64,000 nt of DNA from Octopus vulgaris (GCA_951406725.2 OX597838.1:27528001-27592000); one strand, 5' to 3'; counted from the stretch's first letter, positions 37,116 through 49,376 are shown. The notes: generated from the sequence alone by a model not told the origin. Program-made: numbers and translations.

Positions 37116-39669
37116 ATAAATAGTTGATTATGCCACCTCCTTTCTTGTTTTTTTTTTCTCTTTTCATCCCAGGGTGATGAGTGCCGTGCTATTTCACCAC
37201 CAAGCCAGCCAGGTGCCCTCCCTGTACCCAGGAGCCAGCTTGCTAAGATTCTGCTGTTCCCTATATATGTTGTACAACAGACATACAAATCAGCCAGGCT
37301 CTTGTTTCCAATCCCTTTGTTTGATGGTGTCAGTCCACAAATATCTTTTGGCCCCTTCTTACTCTCTTTCCCTCCACACTCTCTGTCCAAATGATTTTGG
37401 GCAAGTTACTCATGATACAGTGTATGTCCAGGTAAAGGGTAAAGACCCCCCTTCGGTCATAAATGACCATGATTGTGGGCCCGACACCCTAACAACTGAG
37501 CCATGGGCCTGATTATTTTCTGGGCTTGATTCTCGACAGCAGGTGTGTTTGGGCTTTTGGGTTTTCCAGTACGATAGCATTGTTATTCTGTTATTCCAGC
37601 CTATTGCAGAATAATAGCTGCAACGACACTGAATTAAACAACTTAACAATGCACAGGCAAATACCACACCCACCTTTGCAACACAGCACTTAGTGCACTA
37701 AGTGACACAGTGATATACAATGTAATGCAACACCACACTCATTCCAGCACACCAATCACAGATGAGCTTGTGCAATCACGTGACCAGGGACTAATAAACA
37801 GCGGTGTAGCTGAGAATTAACGAGTCTTGGAATGCAAAGTGTCATGGGAGTCACAGAGCAGGAGCAAAGCACATAGTCATATTACCACTAGCAGCTGCAA
37901 TGCAGTATCTCAAATACATGAAATAAATTATTTACTCCCAAACCTATTATGATTCCCCCACCCTCCCGAGAAACCCCAAATGACTTCTAAGGGGTCACGG
38001 CCCCCAGGATAAGAACCGATGTGCTATTTCATCATACTATGTCAAGTTGGATTCTGTAGGGCAACCATAGAAATCCTATATCTCTATGAAGCACAATGTT
38101 GGAACTCTGAGTAAGACAGGCACTAAATCCCCTGATGGAGTATTCCACCCAGCTACTGAGACTAAATTACCAAAGGTAATTTGCAGTGAGCTGGCAGAAT
38201 CGTTAGCATGTCAAGCAAAATGCTTAGCAGTGTTTCGTCTGCCGTTACGTTTTGAGTTCAAATTCCGCTGAGGTCGACTTTGCTTTTCATCCTTTCTGGG
38301 TCGATAGATTAAGTACAAGTTACGCTGTGGGAGAGATGTAATTGACTTAATCCCTTTGTCTGTCCTTGTTTGTGCCCTCTATGTTTAGCCCCCTGTGGTC
38401 AATAAACAAATGAATTATTAATGCAAACATAGAGGTAGCAAGCTGGCAGAATCTTTACCTCATCAGACAAAATACTTTACAGTATTTCTTTTGATTCATT
38501 ATGTTCTGAGTTCAAATTCTGTTGAGGTTGACATAGCCTTCCATCCTTGGTTAAAGGAAGTACCAGTCAAGTAGTGTAATAAGCTTTACCCCTCCCCTCA
38601 AAATTGCTGCCCTGGTGCCAATTATAGAAAGAATTATTTGTGCAGTCATGGGTAGTTTAGAAGTTTGTCTTGTGGCCATGTAGTTTCATGTTCAGTCCCA
38701 CTGCATGGTACCTTGGGCAAGTATTTCCTACTATATTCCCAAACCAACCAATGCCAAGAGTAAAAGAACGGGAAGAAGAAACATGGTATAAAAAAAATTA
38801 AAATGTTAAGAAGAAAATTGCAGCAGAGCTGTGTGTGTGTGTGTGCATGCTTTTATGTTTGCAACCCTCACCACTTGACAACTAATGTTGGTTGGTTTAC
38901 ATCCCTTTGTTATATCAGTTCAGCAAAAACCTAAGTACCACACCTAAATTAATTACTGTGACTGATTTGTTTGACTAAATCCTTCAAGGCAGTGCTACAG
39001 TATGGCCACTATCAAATGACTGAAACAAGCAAAAGAGTAAAAGAACGGGAAGAACAAACATGGTATAAAAAAAATAATAAAAATGTTAAGAAGAAAATTG
39101 CAGCAGAGCTGTGTGATAGGATGTCAGGCATTGCATGCTGACCATCGTATAACTTGTTAAACATGTGCATTGCATTTTTGTTCTTCTCTTCCGTTTTACG
39201 AATGCAGTGTGCACCGTGCATTGCATGTCCGTTCTCCTTTTTCCGGTTCCTACTCAAAACTGTTTACAGATCACAACCATCTCATAAACCTGCGTTCATG
39301 AGGAACACTTTGCGCTCCGATGGTTGTGAGATAAGAAAGAACTGTGGAATGTTGGGACATGGTGCCATCCATTGGCCAGGAACTTCTGCCAGTTGCAAAT
39401 GGAAATCAGAGACTGGGGAAGGTTCTTTGTCAGTACACTTGACCAAGATAGAGATGGTGGTGGTGGTGGTGGTGGTTTTGGTAGTGGGTCCATTTAAGAC
39501 CTTCCCCTCCTAACTGGATAGGAGTAGGTGTAATAACAAAGTCTTGTGATGAAAAGGAATTCAGAGTAATTGGTTTGAATAAGAAGAAACAAGTGTTTCT
39601 CTGTTTTGTTTTTTTGTTTTTTGTTTTATTTTTCTTGACAGTCAATCATTATATTAATTAATATATATA

Positions 39670-39835
39670 TAAACGGGAAAGTTTACGAAAAAAACAAAAG
39701 ACGAGGGCTGGTGGAGTACAAACAAATAAATGTATTAGTATAGCGCTCAGGAATAGAAATAGAAAAAGTCTTTTACGTTTCGAGCCTATGCTCTTCGACA
39801 GAAAGATATACTGAAAAAAAACAAGGAGAGAAACC
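39670..39835 (-). mobile_element. Hammerhead-bearing short element (motif at 39769-39806)
   Basis: Close copy of 31060-31235; UCUUU-CUGUCGA-A-GAGC(AUAG)GCUC-GAAAC-GUA-AAAGA; inserted in (AT)n. Confidence 0.8.
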
Positions 39836-41080
39836 TATATATATGTATGTATGTATGTATACACATTAAGAAATGTATAGTAAATGCAAAGACAATTTGG
39901 AAAGCAGATACAAAAAGTCCCCACCTCCTCATCAATTATCAGCCAGTGGGTCAAATGCAATTTTGTGCCTTTAACGATAGTGGGGTGTGTGTGGTTGTGT
40001 ATGCTTGTATTTGTGGGTATGTGTGAGAGATCAATCTTCGTATGTATATTAATGTGTGTATATGTGTGTGTGTGTGCCTGCACATGTGTATATTAGTGTG
40101 TACACATGCCTATAGCAATGTGCACGTGTGTGTGTGCATGTGCATATGAATGTGTGTTTATTCGTGTGTATACCATGTACATGTATTCATGTGTGTGTGT
40201 TTAGTCATTGTTCATCCTACAAGTGTCACTCTTTTAACATGTTACTCATTTTTATTCTCGTTATTTCATTTCATTTGTAAATTTAATTAATATTTTTCTC
40301 TTTTTTCCACTCCTTTTTGATTTCTTTTGGTCCATTTTTTCTTTCTTTTTTTTTTATTTGTTTACTTCGTTAATGTCCAATGTGCTACCAATTCATTCAG
40401 TTTTCTCTCTCTCTCTCTCTCTCTTCATTCCTCTGTCTACCTGTCTGTCTCTCCCACACTCTTTCACTCTCTCTTCTTCCCTTTTGCTCTTTCTCCGGCT
40501 CTCACAATAACTTTCTCTCTCTCTCTCTCTCTCTCGTGTGGATTAAATCTCTTTAAAACAAATGAAACATCAAGGCTATTAACATTGAGTAGGTTTACAG
40601 TAAGGGAGAGAAGTCAGGAAGAATTACAACAGCAGCTGTACTAGTAGTAGCAGTAGCAGCAGCAGTATTTCATACACCCACCCTTCCAGCTCACCACTGT
40701 GGTGTTATGGAGTAAAACAACTTAAATATAATTATATATTTTGTTCAATGTATTTCCTTACACATATATATATCGTTGCTATTATGTTAAATGGTCGTAT
40801 GTCCAAATTTGGCCAAATGCATTTGATTTCAATATTTATTTTTGCTTGCAATAGCCAGTTCTTTTGGTCAAACTGTTGTATCTCCAGCTGCTTCAGATGC
40901 CAAGATATCAAAAATTGTCAAAGTGTAGTACAACAGTTTTGCTATGGAATGGTGAAACTATTTTTTTCTTTTTCTGAAAAAGCAATGTTTTGGACTTAAA
41001 CACATTTTTGCATAAAAGCAATGATATATATATGTGTGTGTGTGTATGTATAAATGTATGTATCTATGTATATAAATATA

Positions 41081-41199
41081 TACGGCCATATCACATTGAA
41101 AACACCGGTTCTCATCCAATCACCGAAGTTAAGCAATGTTGAGCCTAGTTAGTACTTAGATGGGTGACTGGTTGGGAAACCTAGGTGTAAACATCTTTT
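41081..41199 (+). pseudogene. 5S rRNA pseudogene
   Basis: TACGGCCATATCACATTGAAAACACCGGTTCTCATCCAATCACCGAAGTTAAGCAATG...GTTAGTACTTAGATGGGTGAC..TGGGAA matches metazoan 5S with CpG-type transitions; solitary; ends in a T run. Confidence 0.9.
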
Positions 41200-41212
41200 A
41201 TTTCTATATGTG

Positions 41213-41548
41213 AATGCACATGGCTCAGTGGTTAGAGTGTCAGGTTCACAAGCATGAGGTAGTGAGTTTGATTCTTAGAGCAGACTGTGTTTTGTGTTCT
41301 TGAGCAAAGCACTTTATTTACACATTGCTCCAGTTCTCTCAGCTGTGGAAATGAGTTGCAACATCACCGGTGCCAAGTTCTATTGCCTTTGCCATTGCTA
41401 ACATAAGTGGTGTCGAGAGGGAGAGGCTGGTATGCATGGGAGACTGTTGGTCTTCCACAAACAACCTGGCTTGGACTTGTGTCTCGGAAGGGAACTTTCT
41501 AGGTGCAGTCTCATGGTCATTCATAACCGAAGGGGGGCTTTGTCCCTT
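41213..41548 (+). mobile_element. SINE family C
   Basis: Colinear with 25770-26108. Confidence 0.85.
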
Positions 41549-42194
41549 ACATACATACACACATACAAATGACATCACTTTAATTATCATTGTTCTAGCA
41601 TCCCCTTATCCATAGATTGGATGGAATATGTTGAAGCAAATTTTCTATGGCTGGATGCCCTTCCCATTGCCAACTCTCACTTGTTTTCAAATAATGTACT
41701 TCCCCATTACCAGACTTGTTTTCACTGAATATTGGAAGCAAAGGACTCCACTTATATGACGGTGACACTTGCATGATGTGAAGGCAAGGAGTCATAACAC
41801 ACATGCGCTGACACCTACACACACACATACATACATATATAATTTATTTCATGTTTTTTAATAACTACTTGTATCTTATCTTATATGCATAGACTAATAT
41901 ACTATATGTATATATGTTAGTATGGTTGTCGTTTTGATAAATAAATAAGTCAACATTTTAATGTCCTAAAGTTGATGAACCGACTAATGTGCTTCACCAT
42001 TTTCTTATTTGCAATAAAAATTAATGGTAAAATATTTCTTTACCTTCACCCATTTAATACAATAAGTTAATTGTTTTGCAATTAAAAACACTTGTGTATT
42101 AATAATTGGGTATTATACCAACATTATATTGGATAAACATTATCCCTTAGTGGGTTGTACTCACAACCCCTAACTTTATGTATATTCAAAATGT

Positions 42195-42395
42195 GACCGC
42201 GTGTGTACCGTTGGCGATTTTTTTTCCTCTGTCTTCCCTTCTCTGGATCTTTCCTTCTCCTATGTTTCCGACGAAGAGCTCCGCTCGAAACATTAAAACC
42301 TCCTTCTTTCCTGAGCGTCCAATAATACTATATTTGTTCCACGTCCTCGCATTGTTGTGTTTTTTTTTTTGTGCTTTCTTGTTTGGATTAACTTT
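42195..42395 (+). mobile_element. Hammerhead-bearing short element (motif at 42264-42299), same family as 31278-31490
   Basis: GUUU-CCGACGA-A-GAGC(UCC)GCUC-GAAAC-AUU-AAAAC; the rest matches the reverse complement of 31278-31490. Confidence 0.78.
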
Positions 42396-42417
42396 ATATA
42401 TATATATATATATATAT

Positions 42418-42472
<55 letters not shown>

Positions 42473-43122
42473 GCTTCTTTCAGTTTCTGTTAGCCAAATC
42501 CATTCACAAGGCTTTGGTTAGCATGGGGCTATAGAATTGCTCAAGGTGCCACACAGTGGGATTGAACTAGGAACTATGCGGTTGGAAAGCAAACCTCTTA
42601 GCACACAGCCACGCCTGCACCTATCACAACCATACTTAAGTCTGTGTGTGTTTATATATATACACATTTAATCCATAATCATTAGTTTGAAAAAACATTT
42701 TGCCAAATTAATGATTATGGATTAAATATTTATTGACTCTTTGAGTTCTTTATTCAAAATGAACAGACATAACTTCTTTGAAATTGCCCCCCATCACCTC
42801 CTAGAACAGTATATATCTATATATCTATCTATCTATCTATATATATATATATAGATAGATAGATAGATAGATAGATAGATGTAAATGGTTGTTTTTATGT
42901 ATGGTTGTATGTAAAAAACAAGTCTGACATTAAACTGAAGGAGCATTCGGTACCTTTCAATTGGGTAACATATTTATTTTCATTTTTATGAGGGAAAGGT
43001 TGACAGTTTCTTTGAAGATTTTAAAATTTGAGCTTGAAAGCCATCATCAGACTGCAAATTAAATTGTTTTCCCCCGCAAGCTTTATATACGTGTGCGTGT
43101 GTGTGCATGGGCATATGTATAT

Positions 43123-43170
<48 letters not shown>

Positions 43171-43235
43171 TCAATACTAAACTTAAGAAATAACATTTTT
43201 TTGCATATGTTTACTTCCATCATATATTTATATAT

Positions 43236-43406
43236 GGCGCAGGAGTGGCTGTGTGGTAAGTAGCTTGCTAACCAACCACATGGTTCCGGGTTCAGTCCCA
43301 CTGCGTGGCATCTTGGGCAAGTGTCTTCTGCTATAGCCCCGAGCCGACCAATGCCTTGTGAGTGGATTTGGTAGACGGAAACTGAAAGAAGCCTGTCGTA
43401 TATATG

Positions 43407-43437
<31 letters not shown>

Positions 43438-43636
43438 CTGTGTTTGTCCCCCTAGCATTGCTTGACAACCGATGCTGGTGTGTTTATGTCCCCGTTACCT
43501 AGCGGTTCAGCAAAATAGACTGGTAGAATAAGTACTGGGCTTACAAAGAATGTCCCGGGGTCGAGTTGCTCGACTAAAGGCGGTGCTCCAGCATGGCCGC
43601 AGTCGAATGACTGAAACAAGTAAAAGAGTAAAGAGT
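43236..43636 (+). mobile_element. Full-length SINE family A, followed by an older copy at about 43740-44122
   Basis: Matches 10639-11017. Confidence 0.9.
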
Positions 43637-43672
43637 ATATATATAATATCATACATAGCAATGTATTTTATA

Positions 43673-43709
<37 letters not shown>

Positions 43710-44459
43710 TGTGTGTGTGCTAGTGTAGCTGTGTGTGTGTGCTGGTGTGGCTGTGTGGTAAGAGGCAACCGTCTTACCACACAGTTCTGGTTCCGATTTC
43801 AATCCTTGTGCATGGCACCTCTGGCAAGTATCTTTTCTATAGCCCTTGAACCAACCAAAGCCTTGTGAGTGGATTTGGTAGGCAGAAACTGAAGGAGCCC
43901 ATTGTGTGTTTGTTTGTTTGTTTCCCACCACCTCATGACAACTGGCGTTGGCTTGCTTATGTTCCTGTAACTTAGCTGATCATCCAAAGAGACCCATAGA
44001 ATAAGTTCCAGGTTTTAAAAAGTAAATGTATTGGGGTTCAGTTAGTTTGATGCAACCCTTCAGTGTGTGTTGCCCCAGCATGGTCTCTGTCCAATGACTG
44101 AAACAAATAAAAGATAAAAGATAAGTATATTGACCTTTTTCTGGAGGCAATTCTGTGAAATGCTAATCAACCCACAACTGGGGCCCTGACAGGTGCTTGT
44201 ACTCTTGACCAGAGTTAGCAGTAAGAACACCCATAAAACATATTCCTTCAAATACTTGCAGGGTACTCTCGACAAAATTGATAGCTCCTGTTACCTAGGT
44301 AACCAGATTAGTAGTGGAGAAGGATTTTCTGAAGCAATGGCAACAAAGGGTTTCTCTCTTTGAATGAAGGGCAGATTGTGTGATGTTATGTGATAGCTAA
44401 ACATAAGGCATTGAATGTGAAGGACTTGTGAAGGGCTGGAAGGAAATGAGAGAAAAACA

Positions 44460-44720
44460 GGGTGTGATAAGACAAGCAGTATGCAAGAGACATGTGATGT
44501 GTATGGAGGTGGTGGAGGAGGATGGGAAACCGAATGCCAGGCTATCGTAGTGGAGAGAGACCTCTTGAAGTGGAAGCCTTGAGAAGACATGGTGCAGGGG
44601 TGGTGAAGGCTGGCTAATGGGGATGAGGATAACAAGCTGGGAGACAATTTGCTGGGCAAGACCCATCCAAGCCATGCAGGCATGGAAAGACATGTGTATG
44701 ATGGTGATGATGATGATGAC
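44460..44720 (+). mobile_element. Highly decayed RTE-type LINE 3' end carrying the family E tail
   Basis: GGAAGCCTTGAGAAGACATGG resembles the GRPRKTW coding motif; followed by CCATCCAAGCCATGCAGGCATGG and (GAT)n. Confidence 0.45.
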
Positions 44721-44925
44721 GATGATTATGATGATGACTATTTACTTTGGAGTGTTAGCCTATACCAGTTGGATAGATGTTTGTTGAATCAATAGTTTGA
44801 TAATGTAGACAGGGCTGTGTACAGTTGGGTTTGTCGGTTGGTCGGTCGTCTCGTGTAACACTAACAAACAGACACACACACTCACACACACATTCACACA
44901 CACACACACACTCACTCACACACAC

Positions 44926-44959
<34 letters not shown>

Positions 44960-45372
44960 ACACCTCACCCGTACTAAATGGTAACTGGACCGATATATCA
45001 AGAGTCCACCAGGATAGAATGTGATGATGGAGGCGGGTCGTGGGGGCGGGCAGGGATGGACTGCGGTGGGGGAAGATGGGGGTGGAGTGTGGTTTAGTGT
45101 GTGTGGTGTTTTTTGTTTATTTATCGGAAGTAAATAAATGATGAACACTCATACGCAAACATACACACCCACATACACTCTCCCGCGCACACACATCCAG
45201 ATACAGACTCCTAACGTTCGCACATACATTCCTACAATATAGTCACATGCTCTTATACACCTACAAACACATACACGCGCTCACACACACACACACATAC
45301 ACACCTAGAAACGATCACACACCTAAAAACAAAAACTCTCAGATACAGATAAAGTCTCCTTTGCTCACATGT

Positions 45373-45437
<65 letters not shown>

Positions 45438-45851
45438 TACATACATACATACACACACGCACACATGCAAACTTGAAAGCTCACTCATACACAGACATGC
45501 TCCTGCATACACACATAGATACATACATGTGTACAATCATACATACATACATGTGTACTAGCATGCATACATACACATATGCTTGCATGCACACACTCAC
45601 ACAGACTGACAGAGGGATATGCACACCAATATATAACTCCCATATGTGCAGATATACTTTAACAACTGCAAACAATGTTATCATAGTTACTTAACACCAC
45701 AACACTTGTTGGAATGTTGTAGGAGGAAATTTAAAATCGTTCTTTTTTTATTGTAAAGAAGAAAAAGAATAACAGAGACAATTTTTTTTTATTTCTTCGT
45801 CTTGTTTTTATTTTATTAATTAATAAAGTATTTACCAATTTTATATAACAT

Positions 45852-46102
45852 GGCGGCGAGCTGGCAGGAATGGCAGTGAGCTGGCAGAATCGTTAGCACG
45901 CCGGGCGAAATACTTATTGGTATTTCGTCTGCCGTTACGTTCTGAGTTAAAATTCTGCCGAGGTCAACTTTGCCTTTCATCTTTTTGGGGTTGATTTAAA
46001 TAAGTTCCAGTTATGCACTGGGGTTGATGTAATCGACTTAAACCCTTTGTCTGCCCTTGTTTGTCCCCTCTATGTTTAGCTCCCTATGGGCAATAAAGAA
46101 AT
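45852..46102 (+). mobile_element. SINE family B (AATAAA-tail subtype) with duplicated head
   Basis: TGGCGGCGAGCTGGCAG followed by TGGCAGTGAGCTGGCAG, then a full body. Confidence 0.88.
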
Positions 46103-46106
46103 ATAT

Positions 46107-46417
46107 CACCATGATCACGGTGACCGACCAGGCTATCAAATGGTGCTACACATCGCTGGTCACAATGCACTTCGCATTGTTTTAGCCTTCAAATGATGCC
46201 ACCCTGCTGGCTAAGTAAGCAGGCCAACAGAAGAAAGAGTGAGAGAAAGTTGTGGCGAAAGAGTACAGCAGGGATCGCCACCACCCACTGTTGGAGCCTC
46301 GTGGAGCTTTAGGTGTTTTCGCTCAATAAACACTCACAACACCCGGCCTGGGAATCGAAACTTCAATCCTATGACCACAAGTCCGCTGCCCTAACCACTG
46401 GGCCATTGTGCCTTCAC
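46107..46417 (-). mobile_element. Full-length tRNA-derived SINE family D with 14-bp TSD
   Basis: Head TGGCCCAGTGG...GTTTCGATTCCC; TSD ATAAAGAAATATAT at 46093-46106 and 46418-46431. Confidence 0.88.
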
Positions 46418-46829
46418 ATAAAGAAATATATATAACAGTTAATGTATTAAACATTGACGTGAAAGCCTCTATGTGTTTCCTTGTCTTGCTAGAAATAGCA
46501 GTCCCTCATAATCACAGCCCACCTTACCAACTATTATCAGACACAGTGTATCTAGGACTACACTGCATAATGTAATCCTAGATAAAAACTATGTTTGAAA
46601 ATAAAATGGATGGTCACAGTTGGGTCACCTTTAATCGTAGATCTGCTGAATAAGAGCCTACCAGATGCTAAACAACAGTAACAACATCATTTGGTATACT
46701 ACTGTTGTTTAGCCCAGGGTCAGCTCTCATCAGATGGATCTATGATCACAGGCATTCCATCTGTTTTTCATATGTAGGTTGTATTTTGAGGAGTATTTGG
46801 CACCTGTTCCTAGCATGAAAATGATATCC

Positions 46830-47157
46830 TCATTAATTTAACAGGTTGTGCTTGAAGATAAAGATGAGGATGTAGATACAGAGATGCTGTTCTACAATAA
46901 ATTTATGGCAAGAATAGCCTAACCTTAAGTACAAATCTACAAGCCTGAGAATGACAACTAGAGGAGGATATTTGCCCTCGATGGTCAGAGTAACCCTGAG
47001 TCTATGGGGTACGGCTCCCATACTAGGGACCTCTCTTTGTTGTATTTATTTCACATTATTTTGTCTTATTTACTCATTTTTGTGTGCCTCATCACTGTTT
47101 TCTCCTCTGTCTCATACACATATTCCTTGTGTTTTGGTCTTGATGACAAATAAAGAA
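46830..47157 (+). mobile_element. Probable decayed Tx1/L1-type LINE 3' end
   Basis: Broken LKIKMRM / EMLFYNKF / MARIA peptide, then a T-rich UTR ending AATAAAGAA; similar 3' ends at about 47790-48055 and 51530-51787. Confidence 0.4.
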
Positions 47158-47249
47158 GGCACTTAGCAGAATTCTGAGAACATATGAAAAATTACTGGTG
47201 GTATTTATTTCAGTTTTTTTTATGTTCTGTGTTCAGCACAAATGTTGGG

Positions 47250-47617
47250 CCTCATGAAGTTCCTTTCGAGTGTTGGGCCTCACAAAGGCAAAGTGGCTGA
47301 GTTCCTTTCGAGTGTTGGGCCTCACAGAGACAATGACTGAGACCTTTGGCATTATGTCATGCTTGAGAAGAAGGCCCATCAAACCGTGCAAAATCACAGT
47401 TGTGGCAGATACTGGTATCATGCAAATGGCACCCATGCCAGTGGCACATAAAAGCACCCATTACACTCCTGGAGTCGTTGGCATTAGGAAGGACATCCAG
47501 CTGTAGAAAACCATGTCAAATCAGACTGGAATCTGGTGCAGCCTTCCAGTGTACTAGCCCAGTCAAGCCATCCAACCCATGCCAGCATGGACAACGGATG
47601 TTAAATGATGATGATGA
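47250..47617 (+). mobile_element. Long copy of repeat family E; further copies at 49565-49805 and 50380-50767
   Basis: Shared GTGGCACATAAAAGCAC, GGCATTAGGAAGG.CATCCAG and tail motifs. Confidence 0.8.
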
Positions 47618-48057
47618 TGTGTTCAACACAAACTACCATAGTTGATTTTGCCCTTCATCTTTCGGAGTCAATAAAATCAGTACCAATTGAATACTGGTGA
47701 ATGTAACCGACTTCACCCCTGCTCACAAAATTTCAGGCCTTGTGCCTATAGTAGAAAGGATTATTATTATAATTATTAAAGGTATTATAAAAGGAGAAAG
47801 GGGCTCTCTACCCCCCTTTTGACCAGGCTCCCGTGGCTTTTATGGGTTTTTCCATGTGAGACCTTTTCTTTTTTTCGAAGCGTCTCCTCTATTGGGAGTT
47901 TTGTAAATTGTTGAATTTTTTTGTTGTTGTAAAGCTTGTTTACACGGACTTTTTTCATTCAAAAACGGACAAAACCTTTTGTAACCTTTCGTCCTGTTTT
48001 GTCCCTTTATGTTTTCCAATCATATTTGTCAGCCCTTGTGGCCAATAAAAAGAATTA

Positions 48058-48102
<45 letters not shown>

Positions 48103-48787
48103 GAGGCAGTGGAGGACAATCAGTAAAGCACTGATCGAAGCACCCTTGTGCTGTTTTGCGTGATCTGTTTTTTTCTGTTTTGTGTTCAAGTTCTGCCAAA
48201 GTTGGCTTGCCTTTCACCTCTGCGAGGGTCAATGGAAAACGTACCATCAAGTTCTGGGACCAATTAAATCAACCTGTGCCCCACCCCAACCAACATACAT
48301 GTCTGCTGCCTCTGTTTGAAATTATTACTATCATCATTACCTTTCTTGTCAACAAATCACCATCGTCATCTCATAACAATGACGTGTTTCGTCAACAGCA
48401 TCATTATCATCATCATCACTATTCTTATCTTTTATTTTCTCTCTCTCTCTTTTTTTTTTTTTCAAGTTATTTCAGACCCATTTAATTGTGTGTAAACCCT
48501 CATGACCTCAGCATGCTGTGTGTGCATGTGTGCATGCTGTGTGTGCATGTATGCATGCTGTGTGTGTGTACATGTGTGCAACTGCCTGAATGTTTCTGTG
48601 TAAGTGTATGCATACGCCTGCACGTGTTTACATGTGATTTTATGAATGTGTGTGTGTGTGTGTGTGTGTTTCAGGTTACGGATGTGCAGGAATGTGTGTG
48701 TATGTGTGCAGATTCAAACTCTAATGAATCTGTTTGCAACTACAGCAAACAGTTACTCTGTGTGTGTGTACACATTCATATATATAA

Positions 48788-48831
<44 letters not shown>

Positions 48832-49003
48832 CCCTCTCTCTCTCTCTCTCTCTCTCTGCATGTGTATATATTTAAATATATATATGATATTACTTAATTG
48901 GTTAGCAATAACGATTGATAATGATAACAGTGATGTCACTAGTAGTGGGGAGGGGGTAGTTAAATTGTAACTGAGATGGAGGTGTCAAACCATACATCTT
49001 CAA

Positions 49004-49048
<45 letters not shown>

Positions 49049-49050
<2 letters not shown>

Positions 49051-49337
49051 TTGCTTTGACTCAGGTTTGGTCTTATTCATGGTAGGATTTATGTGGGTAG
49101 CGGGTATCATCTGTAACCTTAGATATCCACAAGTTTTCTATAGTCTTTCAAGTGCTTGGAACCCTCCTGATAATCCTTGCTGTCCCAAAGACACTAACTT
49201 TCTGTAGGAGCTCTACTGGGCATTCTATTCCAGTCTTCTTCAGCCATTTGTCTATATCTTTGCTTACTGTTCTCAATGCACCACTTATTGTAGGCAGCTC
49301 TCGTACTCCAAATTCTTCTTATTTCAAATTTTAAGAG

Positions 49338-49376
<39 letters not shown>

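Noticed and set aside
41081-41199. Functional 5S rRNA gene
   Set aside because: Solitary, lacks the first bases, has a 3' deletion and many CpG-type transitions.
46843-46920. Terminal exon VVLEDKDEDVDTEMLFYNKFMARIA*
   Set aside because: More simply read as a frameshifted Tx1-type LINE end followed by its UTR.
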